From NCBI GenBank assembly GCA_964346185.1, contig CAYFTR010000006.1, positions 33,916-57,915 on the forward strand: 24,000 bases of DNA, read 5' to 3'. Below the pieces are notes generated by a model. The model did no database searches. It worked only from the letters and a program-made list of their open reading frames with translations, and was not told where the DNA came from. Shown piece after piece: positions 9,803 to 18,925 of the stretch (positions within the stretch are counted from its first letter, which is position 1; each line of letters starts with the position of its first letter). Origin of the DNA: an uncultured Lachnospiraceae bacterium. GTDB taxonomy: Bacteria > Bacillota > Clostridia > Eubacteriales > Eubacteriaceae. A program made the position numbers and the translations under genes.

Positions 9803-10039
9803 CTCCTGAGTCTGTGGTTGAAAATCAATGCCAGTCGCAGGCGAAATGATCCACGTAAGGCTTATAAAAATCTAAAAAGCTGAGCATAGTGCGGCTTAGA
9901 AGTAAGTCCGGCCGACGCAGTCGAGAGGAAGAGTCGTGAATAGCTAAATTCCCAGCCGGCGAGTGTGGGGGTAAAGACCAGGTCAGTCAGGAGAGCTGCA
10001 GCCGAGTCTGCTCGTAATGAGCAGGCTCGGCTGCTTTTT
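9803..10039 (+). ncRNA. Stand-alone structured RNA of about 235 nt immediately upstream of hpf/raiA: a candidate raiA-motif RNA
   Basis: It has its own strong promoter and a 16-bp terminator. No credible ORF is present; the minus ORF 9862..10152 spans the terminator and a promoter. The 5' and 3' ends pair (CUCCUGA 9803-9809 with UCAGGAG 9987-9993, CUG 9812-9814 with CAG 9984-9986, UGGUU 9815-9819 with GACCA 9976-9980). There are GC-rich internal complementarities (CCGGC 9908-9912 with GCCGG 9955-9959). The position directly 5' of hpf matches the described raiA-motif locus. Confidence 0.5.
9998..10039 (+). terminator. Strong intrinsic terminator
   Basis: GCAGCCGAGTCTGCTC (9998-10013) pairs with GAGCAGGCTCGGCTGC (10019-10034) with one G-U pair. 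The loop is 5 nt and TTTTT follows. Confidence 0.85.
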
Positions 10040-10180
10040 AACAGAATCATCATTAAAAGAAAAACGAACCCGCCAAAGATCGACTGGCTATAATCCGGTT
10101 TAATTAATTTGTAAACATAGTATAAAAACCGGCATAATCCTTGATGAGACAAGCAAACTAATGCTTTTTTTAAAAAAACA

Positions 10181-10189
10181 TGCTATAAT
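10181..10189 (+). promoter_or_regulatory. Extended -10 element (TGcTATAAT) for hpf
   Basis: TGCTATAAT at 10181-10189, about 60 nt upstream of the hpf ATG. No good -35 is visible. Confidence 0.4.
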
Positions 10190-10249
10190 CATCTTACATT
10201 CAACCGTTCATTCATCAGAAATCAACGACATTTGAAAGGAGTAGCAATA

Positions 10250-10780
10250 ATGAAATTCACCATTTATGGAAAAAACATGCACGTATCGGAAGGGTTAAAG
10301 GAAACTTTAAGAAAAAAGTTTGAAAAATTTGATCGTTACTTTGACAGAGAAACGGAAGTTTACGCGACTTTTAGTAGAGAAAAAAACCACAATGTTTTAG
10401 AAGTAACAATACCTATGGGTAAAACAATTTTGCGTGCAGAAGAAATAACGGAGGACATGGTCGGTTCAATCGAAGCGGTTGTCGATAAGTTGGAAGGTCA
10501 ACTGCGGAAACATAAATCAAAGCTTAAAAAACAATATGCCGGAGAGTCACTCAGATACAATTTCGATGCGATTGAAACTGTTGAAGAGGAAAACGAAGGA
10601 CCGAAGGTTGTACGTACAAAAAAATTTGCAGTTAAACCTATGTCTGTTGATGAAGCAACCATGCAAATGGAATTGTTAGGGCACGACTTCTTTGTGTTTT
10701 TGAACGGTGAAACCGATGATGTCAATGTCGTTTATATGAGAAAAGATGGAAATTACGGGCTTATTGAACCCATATTTTAA
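10250..10780 (+). CDS. hpf: Ribosome hibernation promoting factor, long form (RaiA/YfiA/HPF family)
   Basis: ATG 10250 follows AAAGGAG; the track start 10232 is a 5' extension. The N-terminal sigma-54-modulation/S30EA fold is indicated by MKFTIYGKNMHVSEGLKE. The C-terminal dimerisation domain is indicated by VVRTKKFAVKPMSVDEATMQMELLGHDFFVFLN. Confidence 0.93.
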   Translation: MKFTIYGKNMHVSEGLKETLRKKFEKFDRYFDRETEVYATFSREKNHNVLEVTIPMGKTILRAEEITEDMVGSIEAVVDKLEGQLRKHKSKLKKQYAGESLRYNFDAIETVEEENEGPKVVRTKKFAVKPMSVDEATMQMELLGHDFFVFLNGETDDVNVVYMRKDGNYGLIEPIF

Positions 10781-10792
10781 ATTGTATTTGGC

Positions 10793-10824
10793 AAACACCC
10801 GTTGCAACAACGGGTGTTTTGTTT
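10793..10824 (+). terminator. Intrinsic terminator after hpf
   Basis: ACACCCGTTG (10795-10804) pairs with CAACGGGTGT (10808-10817), followed by TTTTGTTT. Confidence 0.75.
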
Positions 10825-10850
10825 GACAACACTTTTAAATTGATTTAAAA
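10822..10850 (+). promoter_or_regulatory. Candidate sigma-A promoter (TTGACA-17 nt-TAAAAT)
   Basis: TTGACA at 10822-10827 and TAAAAT at 10845-10850, about 50 nt upstream of ATG 10902. Confidence 0.5.
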
Positions 10851-10901
10851 TATATCAATAAGTTTGCGTAAAATTTCAAAATTATAAATGAGGACGTATA
10901 T

Positions 10902-12485
10902 ATGGTATTTTTATTCGCCATTTTAACTGGCATTATCATAGGATCTTTAAGAAAAGGTACAATATCCAATATCAAGTCGACGCCGTTATCTCTATTACCC
11001 TTAGGTTTGATCGGCATCGTTGTTCAAATTGCACTACATTTTTCCGTATATTTTCCTTCAGCAAATTCATTAGACATGGTGATACCGGTACTTAACTTGG
11101 TTTCATACGTTTTTATTTTGGTGATGTTAACCTTTAATCTGGATGAAGTCTGGAACGTTATGATGGTCGTCGGAACGATGGCCAATTTTGTCGTTACATT
11201 TATGAATGCGGCAAAAATGCCCGTTGCAGCAGATATTATCGCATCGATCGATCAAACCCGTTTGGGTCAAGCCGTCATTGCACAGAACAATCTATCCGGT
11301 GGCTTAATTGAACACTTGAGTATCTTTACACAAATTGATTTACAGACCACAAAATTGTGGTTTCTGGGTATCAATATCAAGATACCCTTTATGGAATACC
11401 TGTCTCCACACTACGGTGCGGTGCCGGGTATAACGATCGGAACTATATTGGTGTTAATCGGTATTATAGGTTGGGTTCAATCAGCAATGACACATAAAGA
11501 AGAAGTGACAACGGTCGAAGAAAACGAAATAGAAGCTGTCGCAGAACAGCCGGCTATTGAACAATCCCCCATAATCCTAAATACGGAAACAACCAAGGCC
11601 ATCGACAATTTAAAAGAACTGGATACCGAACCCGAATTGCAGATCTTACCTGTATCGGAAAAGGAAGACGTAAAAATAGTTGCGGATGAAAAGTCGGACA
11701 CCGTGCCTTACATTAAAGTGGTACCTCAAAAAGAAGATCAAGGCGAAAAACCCCAAGGATTTTTCACACAAAACTTTTATGCTGAAAAAGAAAAAAGCAT
11801 GCATAAGGAAGCAGCTGTTCAACCGCCTAAAGAAGAAGTTCAAGAAACAAAAACGGCTGCCTCTGCCGAGAGCCTCGACACAGAGGTAAAAGTAGCGGAG
11901 CAAACGCACAAAGAACGTAAAGCAACAACTGATACGGATATTTTGGGACCATCAATCTTGGAAGTGCTGAATAAAGAAACAATTCGTACGGAAGAATCCT
12001 TTTTTAATGAGTCGAAGCCGACAGAAACGGAAAAGGAAGAAGAAGCGTTACCGGTACGCAAACAAAAGCCCATTATTGTTACAACCGGTGGTAGTAACAG
12101 AGGAAGAAGTAGAAAAATGAGTCAACCCAAGAAAAAAATCGGTTTAAATGAAGATGATATGCGTAATGTATGGCAAAGTGTTGCAAAAGAAAACCAAAGG
12201 CTTAAACAGAGAGGTCGCGGCTACGTAATAGAAGAACAACCGAAAAAATCGGAGGAAAAAAGATTCTATACAAAACCTGTCGGCACCGAAAAAGCAGATC
12301 AGAAACAAGAACAGGATTTAATCAACCAGAAGATTGATGAAACGGCTTTTTCCGTAACAAAGCCTTTAAGCTTCGGTGATGAAACGCCGATAAACACCGA
12401 CGATGCCCTTCGGGAAAAAGCAGGGTACGAAAAAGTACATGTAACCATAGAAGGGAAAGAAATTTCCTATTGGAAAAAGGTCTGA
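10902..12485 (+). CDS. Membrane protein with a DUF5317-like N-terminal domain and a roughly 330-aa E/K/T/Q-rich low-complexity C-terminal region
   Basis: The N-terminus MVFLFAILTGIIIGSLRKG and about 6 TM segments (aa 1-197) resemble DUF5317 proteins of Clostridia. Residues from about 198 to 527 are highly charged and biased. Several spurious ORFs open in other frames over 11.5-12.1 kb, as expected for purine-rich coding. Confidence 0.6.
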   Translation: MVFLFAILTGIIIGSLRKGTISNIKSTPLSLLPLGLIGIVVQIALHFSVYFPSANSLDMVIPVLNLVSYVFILVMLTFNLDEVWNVMMVVGTMANFVVTFMNAAKMPVAADIIASIDQTRLGQAVIAQNNLSGGLIEHLSIFTQIDLQTTKLWFLGINIKIPFMEYLSPHYGAVPGITIGTILVLIGIIGWVQSAMTHKEEVTTVEENEIEAVAEQPAIEQSPIILNTETTKAIDNLKELDTEPELQILPVSEKEDVKIVADEKSDTVPYIKVVPQKEDQGEKPQGFFTQNFYAEKEKSMHKEAAVQPPKEEVQETKTAASAESLDTEVKVAEQTHKERKATTDTDILGPSILEVLNKETIRTEESFFNESKPTETEKEEEALPVRKQKPIIVTTGGSNRGRSRKMSQPKKKIGLNEDDMRNVWQSVAKENQRLKQRGRGYVIEEQPKKSEEKRFYTKPVGTEKADQKQEQDLINQKIDETAFSVTKPLSFGDETPINTDDALREKAGYEKVHVTIEGKEISYWKKV

Positions 12486-12503
12486 ATTAAATAAGAGGAT
12501 TCT

Positions 12504-12543
12504 AAAAAAAGTTGGGGTACACCATCGTACCCCAACTTTTTTT
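12504..12543. terminator. Intrinsic terminator, symmetric A-tract/T-tract
   Basis: GTTGGGGTAC (12511-12520) pairs with GTACCCCAAC (12527-12536). It is flanked by AAAAAAA upstream and TTTTTTT downstream. Confidence 0.8.
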
Positions 12544-13011
12544 AAGTGAATTTTTACAAAAATATCTGATGATAAAATGTTAAAAAAGTAAAGTCATAAA
12601 CAAAGCTGTAACCCGCACTCTGTCGGCATCACTAAGCTTGTACTCGACAAAACGTTTACCTTGTAGTTATATCAATACTATTTGAACAATATTCGATTAT
12701 GACATAGTAGAAAAAAGAAACGGACAAATCATTAAAATAAAAAAGTTTAGTTTTTATAAAATTTTGTAAAGTCGGTCTGACGACGGCAGTCTTAATATTT
12801 GTTAATTACAAGTGTCCGAATAAAGGTTAATATCTTAGAATGCAACGCCCTTTAGATGTTTTAGCCTTATTCCTATGGAAATCTTGCCCATCGCATTACC
12901 TTACAAGAACTCAAACACGTCGTTTACATGTTTTATGCGAATGTTCGCCCGACATGCAAAAACATTAAAAAGGTTGAAAGTTGGAAAAGCCTTAGCTACA
13001 AACTTAAACGT

Positions 13012-13040
13012 CTTGTAAAGCCTGTCAAAAAGTGAGATAA
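13012..13040 (+). promoter_or_regulatory. Candidate promoter for secA (TTGTAA-17 nt-GATAAT)
   Basis: TTGTAA at 13012-13017 and GATAAT at 13035-13040, with TG at 13032-13033. RBS AAGGAGAG follows at 13060-13067. Confidence 0.4.
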
Positions 13041-13071
13041 TTTTTCAGAACAACGCATTAAGGAGAGACAT

Positions 13072-15588
13072 ATGGGTTTTTTCAGCAGTTTGTTTGATCA
13101 CAGTAAACGACAAATCAAAAAGTTCAACAAAAAGGCGGAAGAAATTGTTGCCTTGGAACAGGCGTATCGCAATTACTCGGACGAACAACTTAAAAATAAA
13201 ACACAGATCTTTAAAGAACGATTAACACAAGGGGAAACCCTCGACGATATTTTAGTAGAGGCCTTTGCGACGGTTAGGGAAGCCTCAACAAGAGTATTGG
13301 GCATGACCCACTACCCCGTGCAATTAATCGGCGGTATGGTCTTACACCAGGGAGATATTGCCGAGATGAAAACAGGAGAGGGAAAAACGCTGGTAGCAAC
13401 CTTACCGGCCTATTTGAACGCCCTGGAAGGCAAAGGCGTATACATTGTAACGGTGAACGATTACCTGGCAAAGCGTGACTCCGAATGGATGGGCAGCATT
13501 TTTAAATTTTTAGGTTTAAGCGTGGGATTGGTTGTACACGGTTTAAGCTACGATGAGAAAAAAGCCGCCTACGCGGCGGACATTACTTACGGAACCAATA
13601 ACGAATTCGGCTTCGATTACTTAAGAGACAATATGGTCATCGATAAGAGCCAACAGGTACAGCGACAACTCAATTACGCCATTATCGACGAAGTCGACAG
13701 CGTTCTTATTGACGAAGCCAGAACACCGTTAATTATTTCCGGTAGCGGCGAAGAAAGCACAAAGCTTTATACGGTGGCCAATACCTTTGTTAAAACACTC
13801 AGACCGCAACACTATGTAAAGGACGAAGAGTCAAAAACCGTGGTTTTAACCGAAGAAGGCATCCAAAAAGCCGAAAGCTTTTTTAATTTGGAAAACCTCG
13901 CCGATGTTGCCAACATGGGAATCTCCCATAACATTAACCAAGCCTTACACGCCCATATCTTAATGACAAGAGATATCGACTATATGGTTAAAGAAGGCGA
14001 AGTGATTATTGTCGACGAGTTTACAGGCAGGCCGATGCCGGGGCGTCGTTACTCCAACGGTTTGCACCAGGCCATCGAAGCTAAGGAAGGCGTAACCGTT
14101 AACCGCGAATCCAAAACACTGGCAACGGTAACCTTTCAAAACTACTTCCGTATGTTTCATAAATTAGCTGGCATGACCGGTACCGCAAAAACAGAAGAAG
14201 AGGAATTTACATCATTATACAACCTGAACGTTATCACCATTCCGACCAACAGCGAAATGTCCGGAACCGGTGTGCAACGAAAAGATTTAAACGACTTGGT
14301 TTACCCGACCGAAGCAAAAAAATTTAAAGCCATTGTTGCCGATGTTAAAGAACGGCACAATATCGGACAGCCGGTACTTATCGGGACCATATCCATCGAA
14401 AAATCCGAGTTGCTCAGCAAATACCTCAAACGGGAGGGTATCCATCACAACGTATTAAATGCAAAATATCTGGAAAAGGAAGCGGATATCATAGCGATGG
14501 CGGGTCAAAAAAATGCCGTTACCATCTCCACCAATATGGCGGGTAGAGGAACGGACATTATGCTCGGCGAAGGCGTTAAGGAACTCGGTGGGCTGCACAT
14601 ATTAGGAACCGAACGACACGAAAGCCGCCGCATCGACAACCAGTTACGAGGGCGTTCCGGTCGCCAGGGCGACCCCGGCTCCTCTCAGTTTTATATTTCC
14701 TTGGAAGACGACTTGATGCGAATTTTCGGATCGGATCGTATTAAAGATTTTGTAGATAATGCCGGTCTGGACGACGATACTCCCATAGAAAACAAATTAT
14801 TAACCAAAGGTATCGAAAACGCACAAAAAAAAGTAGAGAGCCGAAACTTTAATATCAGAAAAAACGTCCTCCAATACGATAACGTGATGAACCGTCAAAG
14901 AGAAATTATCTACGGACAGCGACAACAGGTTCTCGACGGCGAAAACATGCACGAACAGGTACATAAAATGACCACGGACATGGTCAGCCACTATGTACAA
15001 ATGTTTACCAATCGAGGCGATTATTACGAAGATTGGGATATTCAGGCGTTAGTTAACTTTTTTGAAAGCGGCTTTTTACCGAAAGGATCTCTGGATTTAT
15101 CCGATAATACTTTAAGCGTTGAGGAAATTGAAGCACGTATTCTCCAAGTGTTTGAAACGCTCTACGAGGAAAAACGTCAGGTATTGTCCGACGAAAGTTT
15201 GGAAAACCTGGAACGGGCAATTTTATTAACAACCGTAGATGCCGCCTGGATGGAGCACATTGACAACATGGATCAGCTCAAGCAAGGTATCGGGCTTAGG
15301 GCGTACGGACAAACCAACCCTGTGGACGAATATACCAAGGAAGGTTTTGCCATGTTCGAGGAGATGACCTATCGCATTCAGGAAGATACGGTTAAGTATA
15401 TCCACAATGTCGATGTCAACAAATTACCCACAACTATGCATACACAACAAAATTTGGACAATGTACAAACCAATCAAAACGAAGTCCAAGGGAAGCCGAT
15501 ACCGCAAGTTAAAAAGAAAAAAATCGGACGCAATGAACCTTGCCCCTGTGGCAGCGGAAAAAAATACAAAAACTGTTGCGGCAGATAG
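13072..15588 (+). CDS. secA: Preprotein translocase ATPase SecA
   Basis: 838 aa with MKTGEGKTL (Walker A), [29 protein letters not shown] and the C-terminal zinc-binding tail [14 protein letters not shown]. Confidence 0.98.
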   Translation: MGFFSSLFDHSKRQIKKFNKKAEEIVALEQAYRNYSDEQLKNKTQIFKERLTQGETLDDILVEAFATVREASTRVLGMTHYPVQLIGGMVLHQGDIAEMKTGEGKTLVATLPAYLNALEGKGVYIVTVNDYLAKRDSEWMGSIFKFLGLSVGLVVHGLSYDEKKAAYAADITYGTNNEFGFDYLRDNMVIDKSQQVQRQLNYAIIDEVDSVLIDEARTPLIISGSGEESTKLYTVANTFVKTLRPQHYVKDEESKTVVLTEEGIQKAESFFNLENLADVANMGISHNINQALHAHILMTRDIDYMVKEGEVIIVDEFTGRPMPGRRYSNGLHQAIEAKEGVTVNRESKTLATVTFQNYFRMFHKLAGMTGTAKTEEEEFTSLYNLNVITIPTNSEMSGTGVQRKDLNDLVYPTEAKKFKAIVADVKERHNIGQPVLIGTISIEKSELLSKYLKREGIHHNVLNAKYLEKEADIIAMAGQKNAVTISTNMAGRGTDIMLGEGVKELGGLHILGTERHESRRIDNQLRGRSGRQGDPGSSQFYISLEDDLMRIFGSDRIKDFVDNAGLDDDTPIENKLLTKGIENAQKKVESRNFNIRKNVLQYDNVMNRQREIIYGQRQQVLDGENMHEQVHKMTTDMVSHYVQMFTNRGDYYEDWDIQALVNFFESGFLPKGSLDLSDNTLSVEEIEARILQVFETLYEEKRQVLSDESLENLERAILLTTVDAAWMEHIDNMDQLKQGIGLRAYGQTNPVDEYTKEGFAMFEEMTYRIQEDTVKYIHNVDVNKLPTTMHTQQNLDNVQTNQNEVQGKPIPQVKKKKIGRNEPCPCGSGKKYKNCCGR

Positions 15589-15618
15589 AAACCGCCACTA
15601 AAGAAAGGATGTGATAGT

Positions 15619-16717
15619 GTGATCGATGTTTATGAAATTAAACAAAGCATTGAAGAAATGAACGATTTACTGATAAAGCTGGGTGATTCACTTTGACTTA
15701 CCGAGTTTAAGAAGAGAAATCGAAACTTATACGAAAGAAACGGAACAACCGGACTTTTGGAGCGACAGCGACAAAGCCCAAAAAATTTTAAAAAAATTAA
15801 AGCAACTTAAATACAAAGTAGATCAATATGACCGTTTGACCGACGATCTGGACGACTTTAAAATTATGCTGGAATTACTGGAAGTCGGTGAAGAGGTCGG
15901 AAATATCGACAAAGAGCTGGCCGCTTACCGCGAAGGATTGGAAAACTTTAAATTGGAAACCTTACTTTCCGGCGAGTACGACGGCAACAATGCCATTATT
16001 TCAATTCATTCCGGTGCCGGGGGCACCGAATCCCAGGACTGGGCGGAAATGCTCTTACGTATGTTTACCCGTTGGGCGGAGAAAAAGGGTTATAAACTGA
16101 AAACGCTGGACTTACAACCGGGCGATGTCGCCGGTATTAAAAGTGCAACCATTTTAGTAGAAGGAGTAAATGCCTACGGTTATCTGAAAACGGAAAGAGG
16201 TGTCCACCGATTGGTGCGTATCTCTCCTTTCGACTCCTCCGGCAGACGCCACACCTCCTTTGCCTCTCTGGATGTGGTACCGGAAGTGGACGACACGGTA
16301 GAAATAGACATTAACCCCGACGATATTCGCGTGGATACCTATCGTGCCAGCGGTGCCGGCGGGCAACACGTCAACAAAACCTCCTCTGCGGTGCGTATTA
16401 CCCACATACCGACGGGCATTGTTGTTCAATGCCAAAACGAGCGTTCCCAACACCAAAACAGAGATGTTGCCATGAATATGCTCAAAAGTAAACTCATCGA
16501 AGTCCTGGAGCAGGAAAACAAAGAAAAACTGGACGATATAGTTGGCGACTACTCTCAAATTGCTTGGGGTTCACAAATCAGATCCTATGTGTTTCACCCC
16601 TATACCATGGTAAAAGACCATCGTACCAATGTGGAAATGGGCAATATTCAATCCGTAATGGACGGAGATATCGACCCTTTTATGAATGCCTACTTGCAAC
16701 AACAAGTGAAAGCTTAG
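15619..16717 (+). CDS. prfB: Peptide chain release factor 2, requiring a programmed +1 frameshift at 15691-15697
   Basis: Frame 0 runs from GTG 15619 (MIDVYEIKQSIEEMNDLLIKLGDSL) to the in-frame TGA at 15694-15696. The +1 frame continues DLPSLRREIE... to 16717. The SPF tripeptide (RISPFDS) and GGQ (SGAGGQHVN) are present. The track shows only the downstream frame. Confidence 0.95.
15681..15697 (+). promoter_or_regulatory. prfB recoding site: internal Shine-Dalgarno-like GGGUGAU plus the slippery CUU UGA C
   Basis: GGGTGATTCACTTTGAC. GGUGAU matches the extended anti-SD complement. CTT TGA C is the canonical RF2 shift site. Confidence 0.85.
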
Positions 16718-16724
16718 GTGTACC

Positions 16725-18035
16725 ATGGTGTTTTTAGAAGCATTAAAAAATAATATTTTGTGTTTGGACGGTGCGATGGGTTCTCAAATGCAAGCCCATG
16801 TACAAAACGATGGCACACCTCCGGATTTTTTAAATTTAACCCACCCGGAAACTGTCACCTCACTGCATCAGGCATATGTTGACGCCGGTGCTGATGTTAT
16901 TCTGACCAATACCTTTAACACCAACCCTTTTAAAAAAGGCATGACAGAAGAAAAAATATCCGAAATTATTCCGAAAGCCGTTGCAAACGCACGGGCATCG
17001 GGTGCATCTTATGTTCTCTACGATACAACTACGCTGGGAAAATTGATCGGTTTGGACATATCTTTCGAAGAGGCTTACCGCGGGTATCTATCTGTTTTTG
17101 AAAAACTGGACAGGACTTCCGTTGACGGGCTGTTCATTGAAACCATGGCGGATTTAAACGAAGCCAAGGTGGCGGTGTTGGCCGCAAAAGCCTGTCATCC
17201 CGAATTACCCGTTATCGTGTCTATGACTTACGACAGTGCTCAAAAAACCTTAACGGGCTCCGATCCTGCGGCTTGTGCCGCCGTTTTGTCAGGACTGGGC
17301 GTTCAGGGTATCGGGGTCAACTGCTCGACAGGACCGATGCAAATGGAAGCGGTTGTAGAAAGCTACCGTCGTGTCACAGGTTTACCGATTTTTGTAAAAC
17401 CCAATGCGGGGTTGCCGAGGTTGGTAGAGGGAAAAAATGTGTACGATGTGACGCCTCGTGTGTTTGCCGACCAAATGGCAAAGCTCCTGAACTTGAATGT
17501 GGCGGCTGTCGGCGGGTGCTGCGGTACAACACCGGAGCACATTCGACAGTTGAAAACCTTATTGAACAGGACAACTTCAGGGTATAGCGTTATAGTATCG
17601 GATATTTCCGACACCTATGGCACACATTTTACCGCCACAAGACTGAATAAAGGCGAGCTGTTGTCGGTTGCTTCTGTGGAATTGCCCGTTTCGGAGAAAG
17701 ATTTGTCCGTTCCCGGATATTTTCAACGGAGTGTGAACAAAATCATCAGGCAAAGTTGCCCCGATGCAAAGGCCGTTTACTTTGATTTGGATCATGTAGA
17801 CGGATCGGTTTTAAAAAAATTAGTTGAGCTCTTTAATTTGCAACCTGTTACTTTAAAAAAACCGATGGTATTAAAATGTTCGGATGTTAAAATACTGGAG
17901 GGTTTTTTACGTTACGTAGGCGGCAAACCCGTTATTATTATCAATTCAAAACAAAAAAATATCGAAAGCTTAAAGAGATTGCAAGATCAATATTCCGCTT
18001 TGTGGCTGATAGAAGACAGCGTGAAGATACAATAA
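16725..18035 (+). CDS. Homocysteine S-methyltransferase domain protein (like the MetH N-terminal module) with an uncharacterised C-terminal domain of about 140 aa
   Basis: LDGAMGSQMQ is present, with zinc-ligand cysteines in GVNCSTGP and GGCCGTTPEHI within aa 1-285. Residues from about 290 to 436 have no motif I recognise. Confidence 0.7.
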   Translation: MVFLEALKNNILCLDGAMGSQMQAHVQNDGTPPDFLNLTHPETVTSLHQAYVDAGADVILTNTFNTNPFKKGMTEEKISEIIPKAVANARASGASYVLYDTTTLGKLIGLDISFEEAYRGYLSVFEKLDRTSVDGLFIETMADLNEAKVAVLAAKACHPELPVIVSMTYDSAQKTLTGSDPAACAAVLSGLGVQGIGVNCSTGPMQMEAVVESYRRVTGLPIFVKPNAGLPRLVEGKNVYDVTPRVFADQMAKLLNLNVAAVGGCCGTTPEHIRQLKTLLNRTTSGYSVIVSDISDTYGTHFTATRLNKGELLSVASVELPVSEKDLSVPGYFQRSVNKIIRQSCPDAKAVYFDLDHVDGSVLKKLVELFNLQPVTLKKPMVLKCSDVKILEGFLRYVGGKPVIIINSKQKNIESLKRLQDQYSALWLIEDSVKIQ

Positions 18036-18065
18036 TTTTTCTTTAAACGGTTAGAGAACTATTTT

Positions 18066-18110
18066 AAAAAACCGGACTGTAAATGAGTAAAAAGTTTGCA
18101 GTCCGGTTTT
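18066..18110. terminator. Bidirectional intrinsic terminator between convergent genes
   Basis: ACCGGACTGTAAA (18071-18083) pairs with TTTGCAGTCCGGT (18095-18107) with one G-U pair. An A-tract lies upstream and TTTT downstream. Confidence 0.75.
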
Positions 18111-18132
18111 AAGATTAATAAGGGTTTTCAGT

Positions 18133-18924
18133 TTAAATACCGTTTCTTAGATTATTTAATTTTTGTAACAGATGGTTATACTGTTGCAAAAATTCAGGTT
18201 CGATGTTAGGCGTTTGCTCCGGGTTAATCGGGTCGGCGGTTTGTTTGTTTAAACTATATGTAACCAGGGGGTTAAAATAAGCTTCCGCCATTTGTAAGTT
18301 GCGGTCCGTATCGTAGGTTTCGGCTTGTAAGGCAACAAGGGCGTCGCCGCTAAAGGTTGCGGTCAATTGTAAGTAATGCCCGTTGCTGTTCGGAAGATCC
18401 GAGTGTACCCGATAGGTCCAAACAAAATCGTTGAGTTCCGTTATGTCTTTTTTTCCGATTTCCGCTTTTTTAAAGCAGGTTACCGCCAAACTTCTAAAAA
18501 GGCTTTGATGCATAGGTTCCTGAGATCGGCGCGGCAATATGTAGGGGGTCTGGTTCATAATAATAGCTGAAATATTTTGCCATTTCGCTTCGTTGTATTT
18601 TTGTGTTGTCGTATCTAAGGATTGAATGTAGGTAAGATCCTCGCTGATTTCCTTATTTTGGGCGGTCAGCTCCCGATAGTCAATTTTAGTGATAAAGCCG
18701 TTGCGTACACTCATTTTTATTTGCGGGCGATAGCCTTTGGGTGTGAAGTACTTGGTTTTTACGCTGTAATCACCGTCTACTAAATGTACAACCTCGGTTT
18801 GGTCGCTATTCGTGTAATTGATCCGGTGCCTGACAGGCGGCCGGATATGGCCGGTGACCCCTAAAATAAGAGTAACCGCTGTTAAAATAAGGATTATACC
18901 CGTTAGTTTTGTTAGAACCTTCAT
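18133..18924 (-). CDS. Hypothetical membrane-anchored extracytoplasmic protein, possibly with tandem FMN_bind-like beta domains
   Basis: An N-terminal signal-anchor is present (KLTGIILILTAVTLILGV). DGDYSVKTKYFTPKGYRPQIKMSVRNGFITKIDYRE resembles FMN-binding-domain-like folds. Its ATG lies 1 nt after the upstream pyrophosphatase stop, which suggests translational coupling. Confidence 0.5.
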   Translation of the reverse strand: MKVLTKLTGIILILTAVTLILGVTGHIRPPVRHRINYTNSDQTEVVHLVDGDYSVKTKYFTPKGYRPQIKMSVRNGFITKIDYRELTAQNKEISEDLTYIQSLDTTTQKYNEAKWQNISAIIMNQTPYILPRRSQEPMHQSLFRSLAVTCFKKAEIGKKDITELNDFVWTYRVHSDLPNSNGHYLQLTATFSGDALVALQAETYDTDRNLQMAEAYFNPLVTYSLNKQTADPINPEQTPNIEPEFLQQYNHLLQKLNNLRNGI

Positions 18925-18925
18925 T

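Noticed and set aside
9898-9913. RNase P CR-I-like string AGAAGUAAGUCCGGCC
   Set aside because: It only partially matches GAGGAAAGUCCGGGC. The transcription unit is about 235 nt, far shorter than bacterial RNase P RNA, and no CR-IV/CR-V-like elements are visible.
9977-10003. SRP-RNA-like string ACCAGGUCAG...GCAGCC
   Set aside because: It lacks the GGAA tetraloop and the GGAAGCAGC context of SRP domain IV. The ACCAGGUCAG part belongs to the RNA's closing helix, and GCAGCC is the first half of the terminator stem. The resemblance is therefore superficial.
9862-10152. 96-aa minus-strand ORF in the scfB-hpf intergenic region
   Set aside because: It runs antisense across a plus-strand terminator hairpin and the structured RNA. 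It has no RBS and its sequence is low-complexity. The region is better explained by the promoter-to-terminator RNA unit.
11477-12073. Four overlapping alternative-frame ORFs (both strands) inside the E/K-rich tail region
   Set aside because: They are a by-product of purine-rich, stop-poor low-complexity coding sequence. The long plus-strand frame 10902..12485 is continuous and explains the region.
17273-17795. Arg/Cys-rich alternative-frame ORFs on both strands within the homocysteine methyltransferase gene
   Set aside because: They overlap the conserved GGCCGTTPEHI-encoding frame. Their composition reflects off-frame reading of a locally GC-richer segment.
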